In this document: positions 1 through 8,806 of the stretch, piece by piece
How positions within the stretch are numbered: position 1 is the stretch's first letter
Layout of the letters: each line of letters opens with the position of its first letter
NCBI GenBank assembly: GCA_051252135.1
Contig: JBPOGH010000023.1
Span: forward strand, 1-50,630
From: Verrucomicrobiaceae bacterium
GTDB lineage: Bacteria > Verrucomicrobiota > Verrucomicrobiia > Verrucomicrobiales > Akkermansiaceae
Direction of reading: 5' to 3'
DNA: 50,630 nucleotides
Translations under genes and position numbers: made by a program
The notes under the pieces: model-generated
Told to the model about the DNA's origin: nothing
The model's input: only the letters and a program-made list of their open reading frames with translations
Database searches by the model: none

Positions 1-140
1 GGGAGCTTGGTTGGGGGGGCTTGGTTGGGGGGAGGAACACCGAACATTTAACATCTAACATTTAGATTTGAACGGGGGGCTTGGTTGGGGGGCTTGGTTG
101 AGGGGCTTGGTTGAGGGGCTTGGTTGAGGGGCTTGGTTGA
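1..140. repeat. G-rich 13-bp tandem repeat GGGGCTTGGTTG(A/G): five units at 76-140 and two degenerate units at 1-30, interrupted by a heptamer array at 36-70
   Basis: Read directly: 13-mer units start at 76, 89, 102, 115 and 128. Heptamers AACACCG-AACATTT-AACATCT-AACATTT-AGATTTG lie at 36-70. Confidence 0.9.
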
Positions 141-142
141 GG

Positions 143-187
143 GGGGAGCGGACAGGAATGTACCCAAGGGCATTCGATCCACTCTCC
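143..187. repeat. Long imperfect hairpin (REP-like) abutting the sulfatase stop codon
   Basis: Outer arms GGGGAGCGGA/TCCACTCTCC and inner stem GAATG-ta-CCC-aa-GGG-CATTC. There is no U-tract, so it is not a classical intrinsic terminator. Confidence 0.5.
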
Positions 188-1885
188 TTATTGGCTTGGT
201 TGGGGGTAGCGTTGGGAGAGGTGTTTGGGCATGGGGGTGGGGGTGTATTTTTGGCCGGTGCCGCGGTCGCCTTGGGAGATGTAGTGGGGGCTGTCGGCGG
301 TGCTTTCGGGTTGGTATTTTTTGCCGGATTGGGTGGTCCACCAGGTGTTCCATTGTTGGGAGAGGGATTTGACGACGGCGGGGTGTTGGGTTGCGAGGTT
401 GGTGGTTTCGAGGGGGTCGTTTTTTGCGTCGAAGAGTTCCCAGGGGGCGTCATCGACTGAGGCGAGGGTCCACTTTTGGTTCCGGATGGCGCGGTTGTCC
501 ATGTATTGGAAGTAGAGGGGGGAGGTGCGTTGGAAGGGGGTGTCTTTGAGGAGGGGGAGGAAGGATTGGCCGGGGGATTTTTTGGGAGATGAGCCTGCGG
601 CATCGAGAAAGGTGGGGAGGATGTCGATGACGTGGAGGGGCTGGTGGATGAGGTTGCCTTTTTTGGCGAAGCCTTGAGGCCAATGGGCGATGGATCCGGT
701 GGTGACACCGCCGGCGTGTTGGCTGATTTTATAGAGACGCCACGGGGTGACGGAGGCGTAGGCCCAGCCGGTGCCGGGTTGCCAGTTAGAGCCGCGGTCG
801 CCCGGGAGTTTGTTTTGCTTGAGCATGGGCTTGTCGACGACGGAGAAGGAGTCGGTGCCGTTATCGGAGAGGAAGAGGATGAGGGTGTTGTCGAGTTGGT
901 GGGATTCTTCGAGGGAGGTGATGAGGCGTCCGATGGCTTGGTCCATGCGCTGGATCATGGCGGCGTAGGTGGCCATGCGGAGGTCTTCGAGGTCGCGCTG
1001 GGCGGGGGTGAGGGAGTCCCAGGCGGGGATGTTTTTGGGGTAGGGTGGGAGGGTGGCGTTGGGAGGGACGAGGCCGATTTTTTTCTGACGGGCGAAGCGG
1101 GCTTCGCGGGTGGCTTGCCAGCCGTTGAGGTAGTTGCCGCGGTGGCGCATGATATCGGCGCGCGGGGCCTGGAGAGGGTTGTGTGGGGCCTGGAAGGAGA
1201 GGTAGAGGAAGAAGGGATTCGGGGAGTTTGAAGTTTGAAGTTTCAAGTGTTCAGGCGAGGGCCCGGTAATGAAGGTGATGGCGCGATCGGCGAAGGCGTC
1301 GGAGCTGTAAAAATCGGGGCCGAAGTCGGTGAAGGGTTGGCGATCGAGGCGGTAAGAGGGGGAGCCAGCGAAGTGATCGGTGAAGCCGTTGAGGAAGCCG
1401 AAGAAGTGGTCGAAGCCGTGGTCCATGGGGTGGTCATTGAGGTGCCATTTTCCGATGAGGGCGGTGCGGTAGTTTTCGTTTTTGAGGGCTTCGGGGAGGA
1501 GTTCGGATTTGCGGAAGGTGGGGAGGGCTTTGGGCCACCATTTTCCGGTCATGAGGGAGGCGCGGGTGACGACGCACATGCTGGCGTTCTGGAAGCGGGT
1601 GAGGCGTGCGCCGTTTTTGGCGAGGCGGTCGAGGTGAGGGGTGGGGATTTCGGAGCCGTAGCAGGAGAGGTCCGAGTAGCCCATGTCATCGGCGAGGATG
1701 AGGATGATGTTGGGGCGCTCGGAGCTTGCACTCCCAGGGTCGTCCGCAGCACCAGAGCTTGCACTCCCAGGGTCGTCCGCAGCATCAGAGCTTGCACTCC
1801 CAGGGTCGTCCGCAGGGGCCTGAACAGCGAACAGTGAAGATGAGATCTGAACGAAGAGGAGGAGGGTGAAGAGGGATTTGATCAC
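188..1885 (-). CDS. Secreted Cys-type arylsulfatase (S1 family)
   Basis: Signal peptide from GTG 1885 (VIKSLFTLLLFVQISSSLFA). Motifs: PNIILILADDMG, active-site CVVTRASLMTG, GKWHL, PHNP, SDNG, WELFD..DP.E..NLA. Confidence 0.9.
   Translation of the reverse strand: MIKSLFTLLLFVQISSSLFAVQAPADDPGSASSDAADDPGSASSGAADDPGSASSERPNIILILADDMGYSDLSCYGSEIPTPHLDRLAKNGARLTRFQNASMCVVTRASLMTGKWWPKALPTFRKSELLPEALKNENYRTALIGKWHLNDHPMDHGFDHFFGFLNGFTDHFAGSPSYRLDRQPFTDFGPDFYSSDAFADRAITFITGPSPEHLKLQTSNSPNPFFLYLSFQAPHNPLQAPRADIMRHRGNYLNGWQATREARFARQKKIGLVPPNATLPPYPKNIPAWDSLTPAQRDLEDLRMATYAAMIQRMDQAIGRLITSLEESHQLDNTLILFLSDNGTDSFSVVDKPMLKQNKLPGDRGSNWQPGTGWAYASVTPWRLYKISQHAGGVTTGSIAHWPQGFAKKGNLIHQPLHVIDILPTFLDAAGSSPKKSPGQSFLPLLKDTPFQRTSPLYFQYMDNRAIRNQKWTLASVDDAPWELFDAKNDPLETTNLATQHPAVVKSLSQQWNTWWTTQSGKKYQPESTADSPHYISQGDRGTGQKYTPTPMPKHLSQRYPQPSQ
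1225..1254. repeat. Heptamer array inside the sulfatase CDS
   Basis: AGTTTGA-AGTTTGA-AGTTTCA-AGTGTTC-AG. Bases 1233-1254 are identical to intergenic 29408-29429. Confidence 0.85.
1722..1815. repeat. 33-bp-period intragenic tandem repeat, three copies (encodes ADDPGSASS x3)
   Basis: Identical 28-bp core GAGCTTGCACTCCCAGGGTCGTCCGCAG at 1722, 1755 and 1788, with 5-bp linkers CACCA and CATCA. Confidence 0.95.
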
Positions 1886-1982
1886 GGGATTTGGGAGGAA
1901 GGTTGAATGGTGAACGGGAGGGTGGGGATAAAAAAATGTCCCGTTGCTTGCGCAACGGGACATGGATTGGTCAGCGTAGGTG

Positions 1983-4400
1983 TTACGGGATGACGCGAAC
2001 GATGCGGAAGAAGGATGCTTCTTCGGGGACCGTGATGATGGCGGTGGTTGATCCGGTGTCACCGGTCAGGCCGTCATCGATCTCGGCCCAGTTTTGGAGA
2101 TCGGCACTGCCTTCGAGGAGGTAGTTTGCGCCTTGGACGGAGGTCCAGGTGATGCTGATTTCTCCGAAGGTCGGGTCATGGCTGAAGGCGGTGACGAGGG
2201 GTGCTCCCGGAGGGGTGGCGGTGCCGATGCGGATGTAGTCGATATCGACGCTGCGGCCAGCGATGTTACCGGGGTCGAAGCGGATGCTGCTGACGTCTCC
2301 AACGAAGACGTCGGTCATGTTGACCTGGTAGGTGTGGAACTCGCCGTCGGGGATGATGTTTTCCGCGCCGATGATGAAGGAACGGCCTCCACCGTAGCCA
2401 CCGCTGGCATCGGCCCAGAAGAACTGGATGGGCTCGGTGTCATTCTGGCGGGAGCGGATTTCGATGATCTGCCCTTGGGTGATATCGATGCCGCCGCCTT
2501 TGAATAGCTGGGGATCGGGAGCGGTGGCGGTGAAGGTGAGGATGCCTCCGGCAGCGGTGGCGGTGGCTTTGCCTGCGTTGGTGTTCCAGCCTTCGAGGTC
2601 GCCATCGGTTTCCCATTCGCCGAGTGAGGCGAACATTCCAAGGGGCTCGTTATCGGAGCCGATGTAGGCGGGGATCGCTTTGATCTGAAGGTTCAGCGTA
2701 AAGGTGGCGTCCGGGTAGGAAGTGTAACCTGCGGTGATGAGGTAAGGCGCTTGCGGGCTGACCTCGGTAGGGGTGCCGGTGATGATGCCGGTGGTTCCAT
2801 CGAGGAAAAGACCTGCCGGGAGGGCCGGAGCGATGGTGAAGGAGTCCGGAGCAGCGCCGAAGGTGGTGGGTGCGTTCGGGTCGATGGTTTCTCCCACGTT
2901 GTAGCCCGGGCTATTGATGGAGTAGCTGGCGATGCCGGGGTTTACCACTTCGAGGGTGAGGTCGAAGGTGCTGGTGAGGCCACCATCGAAGGTGGCGGTC
3001 ACGGTGTAATCGGCCGAGTCTGCGGTTGCGGTGGCGGTTCCGGAAATGACGCCGGATGCGGGGTCCAGGGTTAGACCTGCAGGAAGAGCGGGGCTGACGG
3101 TGAAGCCGGTGGGGGTGCCATTGACAACGGTGGGGTTGTTGGGGGTGATGGCGATATCTACGACGTAGTTAGCCGGGTCGCCCGAGTAGGCGGTGAGGGC
3201 GGGTGCGGGGAAGTCGTTGATGTCGAGGGGGTTCGTTCCGAAGGCGACCTCGACACCGTCGAGGAAGGTGTCTCCGTCGGTGTCGTTGTTGTTGGGGTCG
3301 GTGCCGGTGTCGTTGGGACCGTTGTAGGTGCCGGTGTTGGTCTCGACCGAGTTGGCGAGGCCGTCGTTGTCATCGTCTGCGTCGATGTTTCCGATGCGGA
3401 CGTAGTCGAGCGCGAAGGAAATGGAGTTGGCGTTGTTAGCGACGGGATCGAAGCGGAGGTTGATGAGGTTTCCGGTGATGAAGTCACCGAGAGGAAATTG
3501 GACGACGTGGAATTCCCCATCGGTGGGCCATGCGTTATCGGGGATTGAGGCGCGGCGAGGCGTTCCGTAGCCGCCGGTGGGGTCCGACCAGAAGAGGTCG
3601 ATGCGTCCGGTGTCGGTGCTTTGGCGGCGGAAGCGGATCTCGATGACTTGGTTTTCGCCGTTGTCGGTGTCGAGATTGATGCCTTCGAGGACGACCTGAG
3701 GGTCGTTCCCGGTGCTGATGCCGGAGAGGATGCCACTGGAGACGTTGGGGGAGGCGACCAATGGGTTGGTCGTCCAGCCCTCGAAATCGTCCGCGGTGTT
3801 CCACTCGCCGAGCGAGGTGAAGTTATTGACGAGATCGGTTGGGTCGATGATGGGGCCGCCGGAGTTGACCTTGACGTTGACGTAGTCGAGCTCGTAGTCA
3901 GTGCCTGCGTCTACGCCGGGATCGATGCGGAGGCCGATGAGGTTGGTGTTGACGTTATTGAGATTGAACCGGTAGACGTGAGGGAGTCCATCGGTGGGGA
4001 CTTCCGCACCGGGAAGGGTGAGGGAGCGAGTTCCCGCGAAGGCTCCGGCGGCGTCCCGCCAGAAGACCTGCATGTCACTGACATCGGTGGCGGAGCGCTG
4101 GAGCTTGAACTCGACGGCGACCTTGCTGGGAGTGCCGGTAGGAATCGGAGTGTTGAGAGGATTGAGGACGAGGAAAGGGTCCACGGCATCAGTGGTGAAG
4201 GTGAGAAGGCCTCCGGCGACGGTGGGGGTGAGACGGGTGGGGACCCAGCCCTGGAGATCACCATCGGTATTCCAATCGGCGAGGGAGGTGGCATCGATGA
4301 GGGGATCGACGGGATCGATTTCCACGGTTTGGGCGAAGAGCGGAGCCCCTGCGAGGGCGCAGATGCCGAGGGCACGTGCGAGGTGTCTGGTTGGTTTCAT
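1983..4400 (-). CDS. Secreted multidomain surface protein: three CBM-like beta-sandwich repeats, TSP3-like Ca-binding repeats, two putative Ig (He_PIG-like) domains and a conserved C-terminal tail
   Basis: Signal peptide MKPTRHLARALGICALAGAPLFA. Three copies of (D/E)WxTxxDxxGW...DP...FW...DG..H...R(I/F)DP...DY(V/I). DDDNDGL/DTDGD repeats and PALPAGLxLDxxxG.IxGT twice. Confidence 0.8.
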   Translation of the reverse strand: MKPTRHLARALGICALAGAPLFAQTVEIDPVDPLIDATSLADWNTDGDLQGWVPTRLTPTVAGGLLTFTTDAVDPFLVLNPLNTPIPTGTPSKVAVEFKLQRSATDVSDMQVFWRDAAGAFAGTRSLTLPGAEVPTDGLPHVYRFNLNNVNTNLIGLRIDPGVDAGTDYELDYVNVKVNSGGPIIDPTDLVNNFTSLGEWNTADDFEGWTTNPLVASPNVSSGILSGISTGNDPQVVLEGINLDTDNGENQVIEIRFRRQSTDTGRIDLFWSDPTGGYGTPRRASIPDNAWPTDGEFHVVQFPLGDFITGNLINLRFDPVANNANSISFALDYVRIGNIDADDDNDGLANSVETNTGTYNGPNDTGTDPNNNDTDGDTFLDGVEVAFGTNPLDINDFPAPALTAYSGDPANYVVDIAITPNNPTVVNGTPTGFTVSPALPAGLTLDPASGVISGTATATADSADYTVTATFDGGLTSTFDLTLEVVNPGIASYSINSPGYNVGETIDPNAPTTFGAAPDSFTIAPALPAGLFLDGTTGIITGTPTEVSPQAPYLITAGYTSYPDATFTLNLQIKAIPAYIGSDNEPLGMFASLGEWETDGDLEGWNTNAGKATATAAGGILTFTATAPDPQLFKGGGIDITQGQIIEIRSRQNDTEPIQFFWADASGGYGGGRSFIIGAENIIPDGEFHTYQVNMTDVFVGDVSSIRFDPGNIAGRSVDIDYIRIGTATPPGAPLVTAFSHDPTFGEISITWTSVQGANYLLEGSADLQNWAEIDDGLTGDTGSTTAIITVPEEASFFRIVRVIP

Positions 4401-4404
4401 TGTT

Positions 4405-7400
4405 TTAATAGGTTTTGATTCGGAAGAATTGGCGTCCTGCGGGAGGGGTGGCCGGGGAGAGGGAGATGGGGGATCCATTTCCGGAAAGCGGGGCACCGGA
4501 GGGGGTCCAGATGAGGAGGTCGGTGGAGGTCTCGAGTTGGTAGACGGCTCCGGCGTTGGTGGGGAAGGTTAGGCCGTCGTTGGTAAACGAGACGGTGACG
4601 GGGGTGGCGGGAACGGGGGTGCCGTTGGTGGTGCCGGGGGAAGGATTGGTGGTGAAGCCGAGGGTGGGGGAGCCATCCGGGCGGCGGAGTTGGGCGATGC
4701 CGGAGGATTGTTCGGAGAAGTCGATGCGATCGATCTCGGTGGCATCGGGGGCGGTGAGGATGATGGATTCGCCGTCTGAGGAGAGGCGGAAGGGGACGTG
4801 GAGTTCCTGGCGGAGGGCGGGGTCGTTTTGGAGGGGTTCGTTGTCTGCCCAGACGAGGAGGTGGCCGTTGGCGGGGATGGTGAAGCCGGCGGGGATGATG
4901 AATTTCAGAGGGTCGGCGGGATCATCGCTGAGGGCCCAGCCGGTGAGGGAGACGGGGGAGGCGGAGGGGTTGTAGAGCTCGAACCAGTCGTCGGGTTGGC
5001 TATCGGCGGGATCGAGGATGGTGGAGTTTGAGGCCATCCATTCGTTGATTTTGAGGGAGGCCCAGGTGTCGCTTCCGGTGTAGGTGATGGTGAGATTTTC
5101 GGAGGCGAGTTGGGTGCCGGAGGAGTCGAAGGCCCGGATGAGGATGGTGTTGGCGCCGGGTTGGAGGGCGACCTGTGAGGCCCATTGGGTGATGGTGTTG
5201 TGGGAGAGGGTGAGGGGGATGCCGTTGGCAGTGATGGTGGTGGTGGCGAGGGGGAGGGTGCCGCTGACGGGGGCGAAGACGGTGCTGCTGGTGGCGGCTG
5301 CGGAAGCGGTGAAGGGGGCGTTTTTTCCGCTGAGTTGGTTCTGGAGGAAGGTGCGGCGTTGGTTGATCCAGGTGTCGACGGCGAGGCCATCGGGACCGCT
5401 AATATCGAAGGGTGAGGTGACGTCGGCGTCGTTGGCGCGGAGTTCGGTGAAGGTTTCCTGAAGGATGTTGTAGGCCTCGCTGCCGGGGGTGGCGGTGAAG
5501 AAGGTGTCGAGGGCCTGGTCGATGGCCTGCCAGTAGTCGCGGACGACCTCGGGTTGGTCGTAGAGGCGCTTGATGTTGTCGTCGACGTTTGCGGGGAAGA
5601 GGGGGTAGTTGAAGGGGTCGTTGAAGACGCCGAGGCCGACGTCCATGTCCCAGACGATGACGCTCCATTTTCCGGTCTCGAGGGACTCGAAGAGGTAGGC
5701 GTTTTTGGCGGCGGGATTTCCGAAGGTGTCCCAGTAGGCACCGAGGTCATTGGAGGCGAAGGTGCGCATCCACTGGCGGAGGTCGGCTTTTTCGCGCATG
5801 CGTGAGACGAGCTCTGAGTCGGGGGATTCGGCGGCATCGATGAGGCTGAAGATGCCGGAGAAGTCGTGTGCGTTGTCGTGTCCGGCGCTGTGGACCCATG
5901 TCCAACGGTAGCGGGGAATTTTGTAGGCACCGCCGGTGGTGGTGTAGTGCTGGAGGCGGTTGGTGATGGTTTTGGGGCCGGGGTTGGTGTTGATGACGGT
6001 GCTGTTGGCATCGAACTCAAACCAGGGGTTGGTTTTGGTGAGGCGTCCTTTTTCGGCGAACCATTCTTGGGCGACGTCGGAGTTGGGTTTTTGGACATCC
6101 TCCATGATGAGGTCGTCTCGCTCGATGCCGTTGAGGAAGACGTGGACGTAGCGGCGGTGGAGGTTGGGGAGGCCGAGCTTTTCGAGGAACCAGAAGAGGA
6201 GGCGTTCGCGTTGGCGGGTGGCGTCGCGGGTGGTTTCGCGGTCGATGGTGAGGCGTTGGACGTTGAGGAAGACCTGGTCATCGGGGATGGTGACGTTGTA
6301 TCCGGTGGCTCTGCCGATGGGTGAATCGTAGATGGTGACTCCGCCATCGCTACCGGCGTAGCGGACTCCGGCATTGTAGAAAACGCGGCCGTCGGAGACG
6401 AAGGTGGCGTCGAGATTGAGATTGCTGGAGCGGGTGCGGGAGGTCCACTCGGAGAGAGTGTCGCCGGTGATCCAGAGGTGCATGGTGGAGAGGGCGCCGG
6501 GCTCGTTGGCGGAGCCGAACTTGATGAGGCATTCGCGGTCGGTTGCATCGACGGGGAAGCGGGAGATGACGCCGGGGGAGGCGGAATCGATGGTGAGGAT
6601 GTGAAAGGCGACCATTGTTGAGCCGGTCTGGGCGGGGATGGTGCCGGTGTAGATGCCCTCGCCCTGATGGGTCATGGTGACCTGTTGGGTGGAGCTGGAG
6701 GGATCGATGCGGTAGCGGAGGCGGACGGTGGCGATGTCATCCGGGTCGGTGACGCGGGCGGTGACGGTGACGGGTTCGCCGTTTTGGGGGAGGAGGGGGA
6801 AGTGGGAGACTTCGGTGATGGCGGGGCCGGTGTTTCCGGTGGTGACATTTGCGGAGCCGGGGGTGCCGACGTCGGTAGGGACGGGGAGGGTGCCGGCGGC
6901 TTCGAGCCAGCCTCCGTTGAGGCCGAGGAGGATATCGGGGTCGCCCGAGACCCAGCGGCAGGTGGCGCGGAGGGTGACGGTGGTGCCGGGGTTGATGGCT
7001 TGGGTGAGGATGGTGTCGACGAGGTTGGCGAGGTCTCCGGAGTCGGCGGCGACGAGGTGGAGGGCGCCATTTTCAGCGAAGCTGGGGCTGTGGGTGCCGA
7101 AGAATTTCCAGTCGGATGAGCCGGAGTCGAAGGTGCCATTGGCGAGGAGATTTTGTCCGTCCACGATGACCTCGACGTTATCGATGATGGCTTCGCCTTT
7201 TCCGCCGAGGAGGATGAAGAAGCGGGTGGCGGTGGGGGCCTTTTGGTGGCCGAGATCGAGGATGCCGGTGTGCTCGAGGGTGACGGTCTGGGCGGCGGCG
7301 GATTCGTCTCCGGCGGTCCAGTTGGGGGCGAGGGAGTTATCGGCGCGGGGGTCGATGAGCTGGAGGGTGGTGCCCTGGCCATCCGGGGCGTCGGGCCAGC

Positions 7401-8670
7401 GGCCGCCATCGAAGTAGGTGAGTTCATCGGCTACGACGTCGCCACCGGTGCGGAGTTCGAGGCGGGCGGAGGCGTTGGAGAGGGAGCCGGAGTAGTTGCC
7501 GAGGACTTTGAGGGAGTCGAGGGCGGGGGAGGTGTTGAGGAGTTCGGTACGGTTTTTGGCAATGACGAGGAAGTCATTGGCGGCGATGGAGGTGCCGGGG
7601 GGGAAGGCGAAGTCGACTTCGTCATTTAAGCTCCAGCCGGAGAGGTCGACGGGGGAGGCGCTGGTGTTGAGGAGCTCGATGAACTCGCCGGTGTTTTCGC
7701 CATTTGAGGGGTGGTAGTGGACCTCGTTGATGACGACGGGGCGCTGGAAGGGGTCGGCGTTTGCGGTGCCGGGGGTGGCGTGGGAGAGCTCGGTCCAGCG
7801 GGTGAGGCCGCCCCAGGGGTGGTTGTCTTCCTGGGCTCCGATTTCTTGGGCGAGGATGACGCGGCCGTCGGGTGCGCGGAGGTAGAGTTCGTCGCCGAGG
7901 GTGTTGAGGGTGAGTCCGGTGAGGGAGAGGTATTGGCCGGGGTTGAGGGTGCCGGTGAGGGTGAGGCCGGGGAGGTCGGGGTTGTTGCTGAGCTGGCAAT
8001 CGGTGAGATTGACGGGGCCGGGGCCGGGGTTGTGGAGTTCGACGAAATCGTTTCCGGTGGTGCGGACCTCGCTGATGATGAGTTGGTCGAGGGGGTCGGC
8101 GGTGGTGGGGTCGAGGGTGCCGGGTGAGCCTCCGGGGTTTCGGCTGGCGGACCAGGCTTGGGGTTGGCCTTCGCCGTAGGAAGGGGTCGAGAGGACGAGG
8201 GAGTGTCCGGCGCCGTCGGCGGCGAGGGGCCAGGGGGCGGAGTCGCGGTAGTTGGTCTCGAGGACGATGCCACCGGAGGCCTTGCGGAGGCGGACGGTGC
8301 CGTTGTTGTTGGAAAGGGTGCCGGTCCAGGGGCCGAGGGAATCGGGGTAGAGTGAGGGATCGGCGGCGATGACGAGGAATTCGCCACCTTCAAGTCGGGT
8401 GTTGGCGGGGATGTCGAAGTCGGCATCGCCCCGGAGTTTCCAGCCGGAGAGATCGACGCTGATGGGGCTGGAATTGTAGAGCTCGATGAACTCGGCGCCG
8501 GGGTCATTATTTCCGGCGGGGTGGTAGTGGATTTCGGAAAGGACGATGCTGGTGCGGCGGGTGGAGGGGCCGGTGAAGACCTGGGCCTCGGCGGGGACAA
8601 GAGTGGTGAGGGCAAGCAGGGCCAGCCACCGGGAGGGGTGGAGGTATGGCGCGGCTTGGGAAAGGTTCAT
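4405..8670 (-). CDS. Secreted lamin-tail-domain / CotH-kinase-like protein
   Basis: Signal peptide and several LTD repeats (I(S/N)E.HYHP...EFIEL.N...VDLSGW.L). CotH-like core RERL..W.....G.P....YVHVFLNG...WD...KNAYL...WDMD. C-terminal YQLETSTDL..W...FFRI tail. Confidence 0.85.
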   Translation of the reverse strand: MNLSQAAPYLHPSRWLALLALTTLVPAEAQVFTGPSTRRTSIVLSEIHYHPAGNNDPGAEFIELYNSSPISVDLSGWKLRGDADFDIPANTRLEGGEFLVIAADPSLYPDSLGPWTGTLSNNNGTVRLRKASGGIVLETNYRDSAPWPLAADGAGHSLVLSTPSYGEGQPQAWSASRNPGGSPGTLDPTTADPLDQLIISEVRTTGNDFVELHNPGPGPVNLTDCQLSNNPDLPGLTLTGTLNPGQYLSLTGLTLNTLGDELYLRAPDGRVILAQEIGAQEDNHPWGGLTRWTELSHATPGTANADPFQRPVVINEVHYHPSNGENTGEFIELLNTSASPVDLSGWSLNDEVDFAFPPGTSIAANDFLVIAKNRTELLNTSPALDSLKVLGNYSGSLSNASARLELRTGGDVVADELTYFDGGRWPDAPDGQGTTLQLIDPRADNSLAPNWTAGDESAAAQTVTLEHTGILDLGHQKAPTATRFFILLGGKGEAIIDNVEVIVDGQNLLANGTFDSGSSDWKFFGTHSPSFAENGALHLVAADSGDLANLVDTILTQAINPGTTVTLRATCRWVSGDPDILLGLNGGWLEAAGTLPVPTDVGTPGSANVTTGNTGPAITEVSHFPLLPQNGEPVTVTARVTDPDDIATVRLRYRIDPSSSTQQVTMTHQGEGIYTGTIPAQTGSTMVAFHILTIDSASPGVISRFPVDATDRECLIKFGSANEPGALSTMHLWITGDTLSEWTSRTRSSNLNLDATFVSDGRVFYNAGVRYAGSDGGVTIYDSPIGRATGYNVTIPDDQVFLNVQRLTIDRETTRDATRQRERLLFWFLEKLGLPNLHRRYVHVFLNGIERDDLIMEDVQKPNSDVAQEWFAEKGRLTKTNPWFEFDANSTVINTNPGPKTITNRLQHYTTTGGAYKIPRYRWTWVHSAGHDNAHDFSGIFSLIDAAESPDSELVSRMREKADLRQWMRTFASNDLGAYWDTFGNPAAKNAYLFESLETGKWSVIVWDMDVGLGVFNDPFNYPLFPANVDDNIKRLYDQPEVVRDYWQAIDQALDTFFTATPGSEAYNILQETFTELRANDADVTSPFDISGPDGLAVDTWINQRRTFLQNQLSGKNAPFTASAAATSSTVFAPVSGTLPLATTTITANGIPLTLSHNTITQWASQVALQPGANTILIRAFDSSGTQLASENLTITYTGSDTWASLKINEWMASNSTILDPADSQPDDWFELYNPSASPVSLTGWALSDDPADPLKFIIPAGFTIPANGHLLVWADNEPLQNDPALRQELHVPFRLSSDGESIILTAPDATEIDRIDFSEQSSGIAQLRRPDGSPTLGFTTNPSPGTTNGTPVPATPVTVSFTNDGLTFPTNAGAVYQLETSTDLLIWTPSGAPLSGNGSPISLSPATPPAGRQFFRIKTY

Positions 8671-8754
8671 GAATTGAGGTTATTTGAAGAGGGTAAGATT
8701 CGTTTCTTGCATTTCGGTATGACTCCGGCTCTTAGAGGGTTGGTGCAAGAGGGA

Positions 8755-8790
8755 ATAAAATCCCCACCGAGCGTGAGCCTGGTGGGGATG
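8755..8790 (-). terminator. Probable intrinsic terminator/attenuator after the PEP-CTERM gene
   Basis: ATCCCCACC-N12-GGTGGGGAT stem, followed on the minus strand by a short T-run (TTTTATT). Confidence 0.6.
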
Positions 8791-8806
8791 AAGGTTTTAC
8801 CGGGAG

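Noticed and set aside
1722..1815. CRISPR-like look of the 28-bp identical repeats
   Set aside because: The spacers are only 5 bp and nearly identical, the array is in frame inside a CDS, and no cas genes are present.
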